A stretch of DNA of 64,000 bases from an uncultured Clostridium sp. GTDB taxonomy: Bacteria > Bacillota > Clostridia > TANB77 > CAG-508. A program made the position numbers and the translations under genes. This document shows, piece by piece, positions 9,319-19,622 of this stretch. The notes below the pieces were generated by a model that did no database searches, was not told the DNA's origin, and saw only the letters and a list, made by a program, of their open reading frames with translations. The stretch spans positions 96,280 to 160,279 of the forward strand of contig CAMMLS010000001.1 of assembly GCA_946497775.1 (NCBI GenBank), given 5' to 3'. The number at the start of each line of letters is the position of its first letter. The stretch's first letter is position 1.

Positions 9319-9720
9319 ATGCCAAGTAAAAGTATTGGAGAAATGATTAGTTATTTAAGAAAAGAAAAAGGAATGACACAAAATGACTTAGCAGAAAAAA
9401 TGAATGTAACAGACAAAGCTGTTTCAAAATGGGAAAGAAATTTGTCTTGTCCAGATGTTAATTCTATTCCAAAATTAGCAGAAATTTTAGGAACAACAGT
9501 AGAAGAATTATTAAATGCTCAGGTGAAAAAAGAAAATAGCAAAGTTAATGAAATTGTTAATATCGTATTGATTGGTATTGGATTAGCAATGGGGATTTGC
9601 ATAATAGTTACATCTATATTAAAACAAATAGATATAAATAGTGCAATAACAATGCTAGGAATAGGAATGAGTTGCTTAGCAATTTATTTACTGAAAAATA
9701 AAGATGACAAACAATTATAA
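9319..9720 (+). CDS. XRE-family HTH regulator with C-terminal transmembrane segments
   Basis: MISYLRKEKGMTQNDLAEKMNVTDKAVSKWERNLSCPDVNSIPKLAEILG, followed by two hydrophobic helices. Confidence 0.8.
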   Translation: MPSKSIGEMISYLRKEKGMTQNDLAEKMNVTDKAVSKWERNLSCPDVNSIPKLAEILGTTVEELLNAQVKKENSKVNEIVNIVLIGIGLAMGICIIVTSILKQIDINSAITMLGIGMSCLAIYLLKNKDDKQL

Positions 9721-9822
9721 TTAAATAAATTGTGTTTAATCACATACAAAAAGGATTGGAGGAAAAACTCTAATTCTTTTTATTTTATGCCAAAGTTAGC
9801 TGTTATATTAGAATAAATAGAA

Positions 9823-9851
9823 TTGATAATTAACATAATGTGTGATATAAT
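9823..9851 (+). promoter_or_regulatory. sigma-A type promoter for the coaD-like gene
   Basis: TTGATA (9823-9828), 17 nt, TATAAT (9846-9851). Confidence 0.55.
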
Positions 9852-9935
9852 ATAAAAAGTATTTAATTTACTTACCCAAAAAGTATAAAAGCTTGGAGGG
9901 TAAAACCTCCAAACAATTAAAAGGAGGTTTTCAAA

Positions 9936-10403
9936 ATGAAAGTTGGTTTTTATGCAGGCAGTTTTGACCCATTCACAAATGGACATTTGCATGTTATTGA
10001 AAAATCTGCTAAGCTTTTTGATAAAGTTATAGTAGGAATTGGCGTTCATCCACAAAAGAAGCGCAGATTCGATAAAGAACTCATGCAAAATGCAATACGG
10101 AAGGTTCTGCTAAGAAAAAATCTAAACAATGTGGAAGTAATATCTTATAACAATCTTTCAGTTGATGTTGCAATGGATTATGATTCTACATTTTTAGTAA
10201 GAGGTATCAGAAACGATATGGATTACGAATATGAAGAAAACATTGCATCCATTAACGAAGAAATTTCTGGGCTTGATACTATTTATATTAGAGCAGGAAG
10301 CTTAGGAAATATTAGTTCCAGCATGATAATGGAACTTTTAAGAAACAATAAAGATGTTACTAAATATTTGCCAGAAGAGGTTTTAGCAGCAATAAAGAAA
10401 TAA
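9936..10403 (+). CDS. coaD: phosphopantetheine adenylyltransferase-like cytidylyltransferase
   Basis: GSFDPFTNGHLHVIEKSAKLFDKVIVGI...LVRGIRNDMDYEYEENIASIN...ISSSMIMEL follows the CoaD pattern. It contains an ordinary in-frame CGG (10098-10100) read as Arg. Confidence 0.75.
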   Translation: MKVGFYAGSFDPFTNGHLHVIEKSAKLFDKVIVGIGVHPQKKRRFDKELMQNAIRKVLLRKNLNNVEVISYNNLSVDVAMDYDSTFLVRGIRNDMDYEYEENIASINEEISGLDTIYIRAGSLGNISSSMIMELLRNNKDVTKYLPEEVLAAIKK

Positions 10404-10411
10404 AAAACCAA

Positions 10412-10444
10412 AAGGACATGAGATAAATTTCTCATGTCTTTTTA
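10412..10444 (+). terminator. rho-independent terminator
   Basis: GACATGAGA (10415-10423) pairs with TCTCATGTC (10430-10438), followed by a T-run. Confidence 0.7.
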
Positions 10445-10530
10445 TAATATTAAAAATTAATACATAATGCTTACATTGATAATTATTTTTCTTTGTGTTA
10501 TTATAATAAATTAATGAAAGGAAAACAAAA

Positions 10531-11251
10531 ATGAAAGAAAAAATAGAACAGTTTTTAAAATTAATAAGTGAGAGTAAATCAATAGTATTTTTTGGAGGAG
10601 CAGGAGTTTCTACTGAAAGTGGTATCCCAGATTTTAGAAGCAAAGATGGGCTTTATAATCAAAAGTATAAATATCCACCAGAAGAAATACTTAGCCATAC
10701 TTTTTTTATGAACAATACAGAGGAATTTTATAAATTCTATAAAGATAAAATGAATTGCCTTAAATATGAACCAAACATAACACATAAAAAATTAGCAGAC
10801 TTAGAAAAGCAAGGAAAACTAAAAGCAGTAATAACGCAAAATATAGATGGATTACACCAAAAAGCAGGTTCTAAAAGTGTTTTTGAATTACACCGGAAGC
10901 GTTTTAAGAAATTATTGTATGAAATGCCATAAGTTTTTTGATGCAGAGTATGTTTTTAATAGTAATGGAATTCCTAAATGCACTTGTGGAGGAATTATAA
11001 AACCAGATGTAGTTTTATATGAAGAATGTTTAGCTGATGAAACAATAGAAAATTCGATAAATGCAATACAAAATGCAGATTTAATGCTAGTAGCTGGAAC
11101 TTCGCTTACAGTATATCCTGCTAGTGGATTAATAAATTATTTTAGAGGTAAGAATTTAGTTTTAATTAATAGAGATGCAACACCTTATGATAATAAAGCA
11201 AATTTAGTTATAAATGAGGCCCTTGGAAAAGTGTTTGAAAATGTTGATTAA
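10531..11251 (+). CDS. cobB: NAD-dependent protein deacylase (Sir2/CobB family); frame broken (+1) at CGG 10894-10896
   Basis: Upstream frame: GGAGVSTESGIPDFRS, QNIDGLH, ...FELH. Downstream (+1) frame: SVLRNYCMKCHKFF, KPDVVLYEE, GTSLTVYPA. Skipping C10894 gives ELH-G-SV. Confidence 0.85.
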
Positions 11252-11267
11252 AATGAAAATATAACTC

Positions 11268-11296
11268 TTGCAATTTTTGGAAAAACGTGATATGAT
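11268..11296 (+). promoter_or_regulatory. sigma-A type promoter of the pheST leader
   Basis: TTGCAA (11268-11273), 17 nt, TATGAT (11291-11296). Confidence 0.6.
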
Positions 11297-11299
11297 ATC

Positions 11300-11572
11300 T
11301 ATCATAATAATTTAAACCATTGAAAAAGCAAAGTAGATAAACTAAAAAATATATTAAAAGAGAATGTAGATTATAAGCTGGAAGTCTACTAATATATAGT
11401 TTATTGAAATTTCACTTTTGAGGGTTTTGTTGAAATTTTAAAAAAGTAGGCAAAAACGGTGGCCACGTTATAGCTTTTTAGAGTGATTAACATTTTTTTG
11501 TTAATAATTTAGGTGGTACCACGGAAAAATATAAGTCCTTTCGCCCTATTTAGGGTGAAAGGACTTTTTGTT
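11300..11572 (+). promoter_or_regulatory. T-box riboswitch leader (Phe specifier UUC)
   Basis: AGAGA box, candidate specifier TTC followed by A at 11411-11414, and the T-box sequence AATTTAGGTGGTACCACGG (about 11507-11523). The terminator AAGTCCTTTCGCCC/GGGTGAAAGGACTT with a T-run lies directly upstream of pheS. Confidence 0.8.
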
Positions 11573-11583
11573 TGGAGGTTAAA

Positions 11584-12621
11584 ATGAAAGAGAAAATTGA
11601 ACAAATTAAAAATTTGGCAAAAGAAAGCATTGAAAACGCAAAAGATTTAAAAAGCTTAGATGAAATAAGAGTTAAATACTTAGGCAAAAAAGGTGAACTT
11701 ACAGCCATTTTAAGAGGAATGGGAGCTTTAAGTGCAGAGGAAAGACCAGTTGTTGGAAGTATGGTAAATGAAGCAAGAGACGAACTTGAAGAAATAATTT
11801 CAAATAAAGAAGCTAATTTTAAAGCAGAAGAGTTAGAAAGAAAATTAGAAAAGGAAAAAATTGATATTACACTTCCAGCAGATAAAGTAAGAAGAGGAAG
11901 TAAACATCCAATTAACAGAATTATAGAGGAAATAGAAGATTTATTTGTGTCTATGGGATATGATGTAGTAGATGGACCAGAATTAGAAACAGATGAATAT
12001 TGTTTTGAAAGATTAAATCTTCCAAAAGGTCATCCAGCAAGAGATATGCAAGATAGCTTTTATGTAACATCAGAATATTTACTAAGAACACAAACATCTG
12101 CTGTTCAAGCAAGAGTTATGATGGCAAATGAAGAAAAAACGCCAATTCGTGTAATATGCCCAGGTAAAACATATAGAAGAGATGATGATGCAACACATTC
12201 ACATCAATTCGGACAAATTGAAGGATTAGTTATAGATAAAAATATTTCACTAGCAGACCTAAAAGGAACACTAGAAGTTTTTGTTAAAAAAATGCTAGGT
12301 GAAAATTCAGTTTTAAGATTTAGACCAAGTTATTTCCCATTTACAGAACCATCTTATGAAGTAGATGTAAGTTGTTTTAAATGTGGTGGAAAAGGATGTA
12401 ATCTATGTAAACAAACAGGATGGATAGAAATATTAGGCTCAGGAATGGTTCATCCAAATGTATTAAAAATGAATGGATATGACCCAGAAGTTTATAGTGG
12501 ATTTGCATTTGGAACAGGTCTAGATAGATTAGCAATGTTTAAATTTGGAATACCAGATATACGTATGCTTTACACAAATGATATAAGATTTTTAAATCAA
12601 TTTGATAGAAAGGATGATTAA
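11584..12621 (+). CDS. pheS: phenylalanine--tRNA ligase alpha subunit
   Basis: [23 protein letters not shown] and [14 protein letters not shown] chose ATG 11584 (RBS ggaggt) rather than the ORF-track TTG 11572. Confidence 0.95.
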   Translation: MKEKIEQIKNLAKESIENAKDLKSLDEIRVKYLGKKGELTAILRGMGALSAEERPVVGSMVNEARDELEEIISNKEANFKAEELERKLEKEKIDITLPADKVRRGSKHPINRIIEEIEDLFVSMGYDVVDGPELETDEYCFERLNLPKGHPARDMQDSFYVTSEYLLRTQTSAVQARVMMANEEKTPIRVICPGKTYRRDDDATHSHQFGQIEGLVIDKNISLADLKGTLEVFVKKMLGENSVLRFRPSYFPFTEPSYEVDVSCFKCGGKGCNLCKQTGWIEILGSGMVHPNVLKMNGYDPEVYSGFAFGTGLDRLAMFKFGIPDIRMLYTNDIRFLNQFDRKDD

Positions 12622-12624
12622 AAA

Positions 12625-15000
12625 ATGAAATTAAGTACAAATTTTGTAAAAGACTATGTTGATATAGATGTAGACGTAAAGACATTGGCAGAAGATATGA
12701 CAAAAGCTGGAAATGAATATGATAGTGCAGAAAACCTAATAAATGCAACAAATTTAGTAATAGGTGAAGTTTTAGAGTGCGAATCGCACCCAGATTCTGA
12801 CCATTTACATGTGTGCAAAGTAAATGTCGGCAAAGAGGTACTTCAAATTGTGTGTGGTGCACCAAATGTAAGAAAAGGGCTTAAAGTAATTGTTGCACTA
12901 GTGGGGGCAGAACTACCTGGTGATGTAAAAATAAGGAAAAGCAATATAAGAGGAGTAGAATCAAATGGAATGATGTGCTCAATTGCAGAATTAGGAATTG
13001 AACATAAATTTTTATCAGAAGATGATAAAAATGGAATACATGAATTACCACAAGATGCTATTCCAGGAGAAGACCCAATTAAATTTATGCAAATGGATGA
13101 TCAAGTAATTGATTTTGATTTAACAGCAAATAGAGGAGATTTACTAAGCATATTAGGAATGGCACATGAAATAGCAGCAATTTATGATAAAAAAGTAAAA
13201 GACATAGACTTAAGCCATAGCGAAAACAGTGAGGATATAAATAAAAGCTTTAAAGTAGAAGTAAATACAGATAATTGTTCAATATTCTTAGCAAAAAAAG
13301 TAGAAAATGTAAAAATAAAAGAAAGCCCAGCATTTATAAAGAATAGATTAATAGCATCTGGAATTAGACCAATAAATAATGTTGTAGATATAAGCAATTA
13401 TGTTATGCTAGAAACAGGTCAACCATTACATTTTTACGATGCAGATACATTAAAAGGAAAACTAGAAGTAAGAATGGCAAAAGAAAATGAAAAATTAACA
13501 ACATTAGATAACATAGAAAGAACATTAAAATCAGATGATATAGTGATATCAGATGGAGAAAAAGCAATTGGATTAGCAGGAGTAATGGGAGGACTAGAAA
13601 CTGAAATTACAGAAAATACAAAAAATATTATTATAGAATCTGCAATATTCGATGCGGTTAAAATTAGAAAAACATCAAAAGAAGTTTTAAGAAGTGAAGC
13701 TAGTAGCCGTTTTGAAAAAGGATTAGACCCAAACAGAACATATATGGCAATAGAAAGGTCATGTAATTTATTAGAAAAACATGCAGATGCTCAAATTGTA
13801 GGAGGTCTTGCTAAATATGATAAGACAGACCTATCAGATACTAAAATAGATATAACTTTTGATAAAATAAATGCAATTTTAGGAATAGAAGTACCAAATG
13901 AAGCTGTAATAGATGTTTTCAGAAGATTAGGATTTAAATCAGAAGTAGAAGGAAATGTTTTGCATGTTTCTGTTCCAAAAAGAAGAATTGATATTAGCAT
14001 AAAAGAAGACTTAATAGAAGAAGTTGGAAGAATTTATGGAGTAGATAAAATTATAGGAAAACTTCCTGAACTACCATTAAAAGAAGGTAGCTATAATAAA
14101 ACCATAAGACAAATTAGAAATAAAATGATAGATTTAGGTTTAAATGAGACATTATCATATATATTGGTAAATACAAAAGAAGGTACTCAATATGCAATAT
14201 TACCAGATGAATATGAAAATGCTACACTATTAGACCCAATGACAGAAGAAAGAAATACTTTAAGATATAGTATGATTCCATCTCTTGTAAAAATTTACGA
14301 ATACAACAAAGATCGTAATCAAAAGGATGTATGTTTATTTGAAATTGGAAAGGGCTTTTACAAAAATGGTGAAATTTATGGGGAAAACACAAAATTATGT
14401 GCTCTTATGACAGGAGAATATTACGAAGGAATTGGAACAAGAAAACAAGTAGATTTCTATACCATAAAAGGCATAGCCGAAGAAATACTAGATTATATGG
14501 GATATGCAAATAGATATAGTTTTGTTATAAAAAACAAATTACCAAAAGAATTCCACCCATACCAAACAGCTGAAATTTCAGTTAATAATGATATTGTTGG
14601 TATAATTGGAAAATTACATCCAGAAAATTTCAAAGAACCAGTTTATGCTTTTGAAATTAATTTGGATAAATTGTTAGATAAAAAAGTTGGAAAAATGAAA
14701 TATAAAGAAATTTCAAAATATCCAAGTGTAAAAAAAGACATTGCAATTATAGTTAATAAAGATATTAGCTCACAAGAGATTGCTACTGTAATTAAGAAAG
14801 CTGCTGGTAAATTATTATTATCTAGCAATGTGTTCGATGTATACACTGGTACCGGAATAGAGGATAGCAAAAAGAGTATTGCTTATTCACTTGAATTTGG
14901 TACTAATGATAGGACTTTGACTGATGAAGAAATAAATGGATTAATTGAGAAAATTGTTACTACACTTGAAAAAGAAGTTAAAGCCGAACTTAGAAAATAA
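12625..15000 (+). CDS. pheT: phenylalanine--tRNA ligase beta subunit
   Basis: 791 aa with an N-terminal tRNA-binding domain (HPDSDHLHVCKVNVG), B3/4 and B5 domains, and a C-terminal FDX-ACB-type domain. It follows pheS directly. Confidence 0.95.
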   Translation: MKLSTNFVKDYVDIDVDVKTLAEDMTKAGNEYDSAENLINATNLVIGEVLECESHPDSDHLHVCKVNVGKEVLQIVCGAPNVRKGLKVIVALVGAELPGDVKIRKSNIRGVESNGMMCSIAELGIEHKFLSEDDKNGIHELPQDAIPGEDPIKFMQMDDQVIDFDLTANRGDLLSILGMAHEIAAIYDKKVKDIDLSHSENSEDINKSFKVEVNTDNCSIFLAKKVENVKIKESPAFIKNRLIASGIRPINNVVDISNYVMLETGQPLHFYDADTLKGKLEVRMAKENEKLTTLDNIERTLKSDDIVISDGEKAIGLAGVMGGLETEITENTKNIIIESAIFDAVKIRKTSKEVLRSEASSRFEKGLDPNRTYMAIERSCNLLEKHADAQIVGGLAKYDKTDLSDTKIDITFDKINAILGIEVPNEAVIDVFRRLGFKSEVEGNVLHVSVPKRRIDISIKEDLIEEVGRIYGVDKIIGKLPELPLKEGSYNKTIRQIRNKMIDLGLNETLSYILVNTKEGTQYAILPDEYENATLLDPMTEERNTLRYSMIPSLVKIYEYNKDRNQKDVCLFEIGKGFYKNGEIYGENTKLCALMTGEYYEGIGTRKQVDFYTIKGIAEEILDYMGYANRYSFVIKNKLPKEFHPYQTAEISVNNDIVGIIGKLHPENFKEPVYAFEINLDKLLDKKVGKMKYKEISKYPSVKKDIAIIVNKDISSQEIATVIKKAAGKLLLSSNVFDVYTGTGIEDSKKSIAYSLEFGTNDRTLTDEEINGLIEKIVTTLEKEVKAELRK

Positions 15001-15087
15001 TCATTTTACAAATTCTTAAAAAACTATTGCACATAAAATAATAATAATGTATAATGTTGTAAAGTTAGCAAAAGAGGAGGAAAAATA

Positions 15088-15588
15088 ATGGAAAACATTA
15101 AGAGCAAAGGAGCTATAATAGTTTGCGCGATAGCAATTGTTTTAATTGTCGTATTATTAGTTATTCAAGGAGGAAATAAGGAACCTGCAAATAACCAAGT
15201 GAATAATGGTGTTGCAAATAATACAGCAAATGAACCAGCAAATAACGTAGTAACAGAGGAATTTGTGCAAGAACAAGCTGATGGAAGTAAAGTTAATACT
15301 AGCGAGCAATTAAAGAAAACTAAAACTGTTGATGGTTTAGAGATAAGCAACATAAGATTAGTAGAAAATGGTGGACTTAGCGAGATTGTGGCTGAGGCTA
15401 AAAATACAACTAATTCAACAATTGATGAATTTAATATGATAATTACAGCAGTTGATAAAGATGGTAATGAGTTAGCTACATTAGAAACTAGCGTATATAG
15501 TGTAGGTGCAGGTAAAACTACAACAATACATGCAGCAATAACAGATGATATTGCAAATGCATATGATTTTACTGTAACAAAAAAATAG
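15088..15588 (+). CDS. hypothetical membrane-anchored/secreted protein
   Basis: Strong RBS (gaggagg), an N-terminal hydrophobic anchor, an Asn-rich linker and a small beta-rich C-terminal domain. Confidence 0.6.
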   Translation: MENIKSKGAIIVCAIAIVLIVVLLVIQGGNKEPANNQVNNGVANNTANEPANNVVTEEFVQEQADGSKVNTSEQLKKTKTVDGLEISNIRLVENGGLSEIVAEAKNTTNSTIDEFNMIITAVDKDGNELATLETSVYSVGAGKTTTIHAAITDDIANAYDFTVTKK

Positions 15589-15609
15589 AAAAATAAAGTA
15601 AAAATATTG

Positions 15610-15655
15610 AATAAATCCTTGTTTTGTGTTATAACAAAATAAGGATTTATTTTGT
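15610..15655 (+). terminator. rho-independent terminator
   Basis: AATAAATCCTTGTTTTGT pairs with ACAAAATAAGGATTTATT (one mismatch), followed by a T-run. Confidence 0.7.
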
Positions 15656-15670
15656 TAAAGGAGAGAAAAA

Positions 15671-15772
15671 ATGGATAAGAGTAAATTTTGGGTAAAATTA
15701 GTTGCTGCAATTGTTTTAATTGCATTAGTTTCAGCTTCATTCTTTTCATTAATGTTTTATTTATTTAGATAA
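15671..15772 (+). CDS. possible 33-aa small membrane protein
   Basis: MDKSKFWVKLVAAIVLIALVSASFFSLMFYLFR, with RBS aaggagag. It is below the ORF-track size cut-off. Confidence 0.3.
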   Translation: MDKSKFWVKLVAAIVLIALVSASFFSLMFYLFR

Positions 15773-15846
15773 TAATAAATAGAAATGTGACCAAGATGAA
15801 AATATTATTAAGTCTTGGTAGTTTTCTATATAATAAGAGGTAAAAA

Positions 15847-16785
15847 ATGATAGAAAATTTTCAAACTATGTTTCGTAATTTTTACGAAAATAATATAGCA
15901 GATTATATACAACTTTTGCATCAATATCCAATTAAATTAGTATTACTTATAATAGATTTGTCAATTGTAATTTTCTTGGGATATAAATTGCTTCAAATTG
16001 TTAGAGATACAAGAGCATGGCAGTTACTTAAAGGTATTGTGTTTTTAATAATTGCTACTGCACTTAGTGGCTTGTTGCAATTAAATATTTTAAACTTTAT
16101 TTTAACTTCATGTATGACATATGGTGCATTGCTTTTAATTGTGGTTTTCCAACCAGAATTAAGAAGAGCATTGGAACAACTTGGAACTAGTAAAATAACT
16201 AAGTTTTTTGGTATAGATAAAGATATTGCAACTAAAACAAGAGAAAATATTTATAAAATAGTAATTGCTGTAACCGAACTTGCTAAAACTAAAACTGGTG
16301 CTTTAATTGTAATGGAAAGAGATATTCAGCTAAAAGACATAATAAGCTCAGGAATTTACATGAATGGAGACATTTCACCACAATTACTAGTAAACATATT
16401 CACACCAAATACACCACTTCATGATGGGGCGGTTATAATAAGTGAAAATAAAATAGCAGCAGCAGCATGTATGTTACCACTAGCAAGTGATAATGATATT
16501 GCAAAAGAGCTGGGTACAAGGCATAGAGCCGCAATTGGTATTTCAAAAGAGTCTGATGCTATTGCAATTGTTGTTTCAGAGGAAACTGGTAAAATTTCTA
16601 TTGCAAAAGATGGAACTTTAATAGCCGACTTAAAGGAAGAGGCTTTGAAGAAAATTTTAATAAAACATATTGTAACTAAAAGATTCCCACAAGACAATAG
16701 AAATGCAACATCTAAAATTGAAAATGTAAAAAATAAGTTAAAATCTAAATTGAAAAAAGAAAATGATAAGAAGGACGTAAATTAG
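15847..16785 (+). CDS. cdaA: diadenylate cyclase CdaA (c-di-AMP synthase)
   Basis: Three N-terminal TM helices and a DAC domain with the TPLHDGAVII and GTRHRAA motifs. Confidence 0.9.
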   Translation: MIENFQTMFRNFYENNIADYIQLLHQYPIKLVLLIIDLSIVIFLGYKLLQIVRDTRAWQLLKGIVFLIIATALSGLLQLNILNFILTSCMTYGALLLIVVFQPELRRALEQLGTSKITKFFGIDKDIATKTRENIYKIVIAVTELAKTKTGALIVMERDIQLKDIISSGIYMNGDISPQLLVNIFTPNTPLHDGAVIISENKIAAAACMLPLASDNDIAKELGTRHRAAIGISKESDAIAIVVSEETGKISIAKDGTLIADLKEEALKKILIKHIVTKRFPQDNRNATSKIENVKNKLKSKLKKENDKKDVN

Positions 16786-16799
16786 TTACGTCCTTTTGT
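16771..16799 (+). terminator. weak hairpin/terminator overlapping the cdaA stop
   Basis: AAGGACGTAA pairs with TTACGTCCTT, followed by only a short T-run. Confidence 0.4.
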
Positions 16800-16812
16800 A
16801 AAAAGGAGATTT

Positions 16813-17551
16813 ATGCGTAATATAAAAATTATAATAGAATATAATGGAAAAGGTTTTAATCGGTTGGCAAAAACAGCCAGATAAACTTAATATTCAAGGG
16901 GAAATAGAAAGAGCTATATATGAGGTGACAGGAGAAAGCGTTGGTTTAACTGCTTCTGGAAGGACTGATGCTGGCGTACATAGTTTAGGACAAACTGCTA
17001 ATTTTAAAATGGAGAATCAAATGCCAGTTGAAAAAATTCCTCTTGCTATTAATTCTAAATTAAAAAAGACAATAAGAGTTAAAAGTGCAGAAGAAGTTGA
17101 TGAGAGGTTTCATGCAAGATATAATTGCAGAGGCAAAAAATATAGATATGTAATTAATAATGGACCAATTGAGAGCGCTTTGTATAGAGATTTTGAGTTG
17201 CATATAGGAACAAAATTAGATGTTAATAAAATGCAAGAGGCTGCAAATTATTTTGTGGGTAAGTTTGATTTTTCAGCTTTTAAGTCTAGTGGAACTAGTA
17301 GTAAAAATAGTGTAAGAGAAATTTATAAAGCAGAGGTTATTAAAGATGGTGATAGAATAAAAATAGAGCTTACAGGGAGTGGATTTTTATATAATATGGT
17401 TAGAATTATTTCAGGGACTTTGGTTGATGTGGGACTTGGAAAACTTGAACCAGAAGCTATTCCTGAAATTATAGATTCAAAAGATAGAGGTAATGCTGGA
17501 AAGACACTGCCACCACAGGGACTTTATTTGGTTGAGGTATATTATGAATAA
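16813..17551 (+). CDS. truA: tRNA pseudouridine(38-40) synthase TruA; frame broken (+1) at CGG 16861-16863
   Basis: MRNIKIIIEYNGKGFN starts at ATG 16813 (RBS aaaaggag). The +1 frame then reads GWQKQP...ASGRTDAGVHSLGQ. Skipping C16861 gives the canonical ...YNGKGFNGWQKQ. Confidence 0.85.
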
Positions 17552-17629
17552 AAAGTCTTGATTTTTCAGCAAATGTGTGCTAGAATAAATGATGTTAATT
17601 AAGAGAAACGCTTTTTAGGAGGATTTAAA

Positions 17630-17881
17630 ATGGAAATAGTAAAGACAATAGTGACAATAATATATTTAATAGTATGTTTAGCTATAATTGTATTAACATT
17701 CTTACAAAAGAAGGAACAAGCTGGACTTTCAGGAGCAATTGTGGGATCTTCTTCTTCTGAAAATTTTTATGAGAAGAATAAAGGAAGAACAAAAGAAGGT
17801 TCTTTAAAGAGATGGACTGTTATAATGGGAGTTACATTTGCTATTCTTACAATAGCACTTGGAATTATATATGTAATGTAG
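17630..17881 (+). CDS. secG: preprotein translocase subunit SecG
   Basis: 83 aa, two TM helices and the central GLSGAIVGSSS loop typical of SecG. Confidence 0.85.
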   Translation: MEIVKTIVTIIYLIVCLAIIVLTFLQKKEQAGLSGAIVGSSSSENFYEKNKGRTKEGSLKRWTVIMGVTFAILTIALGIIYVM

Positions 17882-17904
17882 TTTAGAGACTTTTTAAAAT
17901 TGTA

Positions 17905-17950
17905 AAGAGCATAACTAGTTATTTTTCTAGTTATGCTCTTTGTATTTTTT
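17905..17950 (+). terminator. rho-independent terminator after secG
   Basis: AAGAGCATAACTAG pairs with CTAGTTATGCTCTT, followed by a T-rich tail. Confidence 0.75.
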
Positions 17951-17977
17951 TGCAGAAATTGTAAATAATATAGCAGG

Positions 17978-19492
17978 GTGATAAAAGTGAATTCTTTTTG
18001 GAAAGAAAGTGTTAAAGAGACTAATTATCCAAGTCTTGAAAAAAATATTGAAACAGAAGTATGTGTTATTGGTGCTGGAATTGCAGGAATTGTTACTGCA
18101 TATGAGCTTACAAAACAAGGCAAAAGAGTTGTTATTGTTGATAAAAACAGATGCACAATGGGGGTTACTGCGAATACAACTGCAAAAATAACAAGCCAAC
18201 ATGGACTTTTTTATAAATATTTGATAGATACTTTTGGCATAGAGGATGCAAAAAATTATTTAGATGCAAACGAAGATGCAATAAGATATTGCCAGCAAAT
18301 TATAGATGAAAACCATATAGATTGTGATTTTGAATTTCAAGATGCATATGTATATACAAATGATGAAAATGAAGTTAGTAAAATAAAAGAAGAGGTAAAA
18401 TGTGTTAATTTATTAGGAAAAGATGCTGAATATTGTATGGAAACACCACTACCATTTAAAGTGCTGGCAGCAATTAAATTTAAAAATCAGGCTCAATTTA
18501 ATGTAAGAAAATATTTGGTAGCATTGCTAGAAATATTAGAAAATAAAGGTGTACAAATATATGAAAACACCAAAGTTACAGATGTAGAAAAAGCTGAAAA
18601 TGAATATAAAATAATAACTGAAAATGGAAATATTAAAGCAAAATATGTAGTACTTACAACACATTATCCAATTATAAATTTTCCGGGATATCATTTTTTG
18701 AAAATGTATCAAGATAGGTCTTATGTTATTGCAATTGAAACAAAGAGTGATTTATTTAGTGGAATGTATATTACAAGTACTTCTCCTGTAATTTCTTTTA
18801 GAACAATTAAAGATGGAGATAAAAGACTCCTTGCAGTAGGAGGAAGTGACCATAAAACAGGTGATAATAGTGTAGAAATGGATGAAAATTATGTTCAATT
18901 AGAGAAATATATAAAAACAATTTATCCAGATGCAATAGTAAAATATAAATGGAGCACACAAGATTGTATATCACTTGATAAAGTTCCATATATAGGTGAG
19001 TTTTCTAAGCTTATGCCAAATGTATTTGTGGCAACAGGTTTTAAAAAATGGGGAATGACAACATCACACGTTGCAGCACAAATTATTACAGATAAAATAT
19101 TAGACAAAGAAAACAAATATGAAAAAATTTTTTCATCTCTTAGATTTAATCCTCTTAAAAATTACAAAGAATTTGGGAATATGCTAAAACAAACTGCTTA
19201 CTCACTAGTTATAAATAAATTAAAATTGCCAAAAGAAAGCTACGAAGACTTAAAACCAAGAACAGGTGGAATAGTTGAATATGATGGAGAAAAATATGGT
19301 ATATATAAAGATGAAAATGGAAAACTTTATGCAATTAAACCATATTGTACTCATTTAGGTTGTGAACTTTCATGGAATAATTTAGAAAAAACATGGGATT
19401 GCCCATGCCATGGTTCAAGATTTACCATTGAAGGAAAAGCTTTAAATGAACCAGCTGTTAAGAATATTGAGGTTTATGAAATAGAAGAATAA
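17978..19492 (+). CDS. FAD-dependent oxidoreductase with C-terminal Rieske [2Fe-2S] domain
   Basis: The dinucleotide-binding motif is VCVIGAGIAGIVTAYEL and the Rieske motif is CTHLGCELSW...CPCHGSRF. The true start may be GTG 17987. Confidence 0.8.
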   Translation: MIKVNSFWKESVKETNYPSLEKNIETEVCVIGAGIAGIVTAYELTKQGKRVVIVDKNRCTMGVTANTTAKITSQHGLFYKYLIDTFGIEDAKNYLDANEDAIRYCQQIIDENHIDCDFEFQDAYVYTNDENEVSKIKEEVKCVNLLGKDAEYCMETPLPFKVLAAIKFKNQAQFNVRKYLVALLEILENKGVQIYENTKVTDVEKAENEYKIITENGNIKAKYVVLTTHYPIINFPGYHFLKMYQDRSYVIAIETKSDLFSGMYITSTSPVISFRTIKDGDKRLLAVGGSDHKTGDNSVEMDENYVQLEKYIKTIYPDAIVKYKWSTQDCISLDKVPYIGEFSKLMPNVFVATGFKKWGMTTSHVAAQIITDKILDKENKYEKIFSSLRFNPLKNYKEFGNMLKQTAYSLVINKLKLPKESYEDLKPRTGGIVEYDGEKYGIYKDENGKLYAIKPYCTHLGCELSWNNLEKTWDCPCHGSRFTIEGKALNEPAVKNIEVYEIEE

Positions 19493-19523
19493 ATTTACTC
19501 TTATTATGAAGATTTTGACTAAG

Positions 19524-19576
19524 AAAAATTGTCAAGAGCCATGTTAACATAACATAAGCGACTTGACAATTTTTTC
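19524..19576 (+). terminator. large-loop hairpin/terminator whose 3' arm overlaps the rnj promoter -35
   Basis: AAAATTGTCAAG (19525-19536) pairs with CTTGACAATTTT (19562-19573) over a 25-nt loop, followed by a T-run. Confidence 0.5.
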
Positions 19577-19591
19577 ATTCCATAGTATAAT
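19563..19591 (+). promoter_or_regulatory. consensus sigma-A promoter, long leader to rnj
   Basis: TTGACA (19563-19568), 17 nt, TATAAT (19586-19591). The next start codon is about 260 nt downstream. Confidence 0.7.
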
Positions 19592-19622
19592 TGTCCACAG
19601 TGATTATCCAATTTGTGGATAA
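19591..19622. promoter_or_regulatory. cluster of DnaA-box-like 9-mers
   Basis: Against the consensus TTATCCACA: TTGTCCACA (19591-19599, 1 mismatch), TTATCCAAT (19604-19612, 2 mismatches) and TGTGGATAA (19614-19622, a perfect box on the other strand). Confidence 0.4.

Noticed and set aside
15165-15749. A 194-aa minus-strand ORF antisense to the 15088-15588 gene.
   Set aside because: It has no RBS and its composition is low-complexity, mirroring the plus-strand gene. The plus-strand ORF has a strong gaggagg RBS and a signal anchor. I treated it as a shadow ORF.
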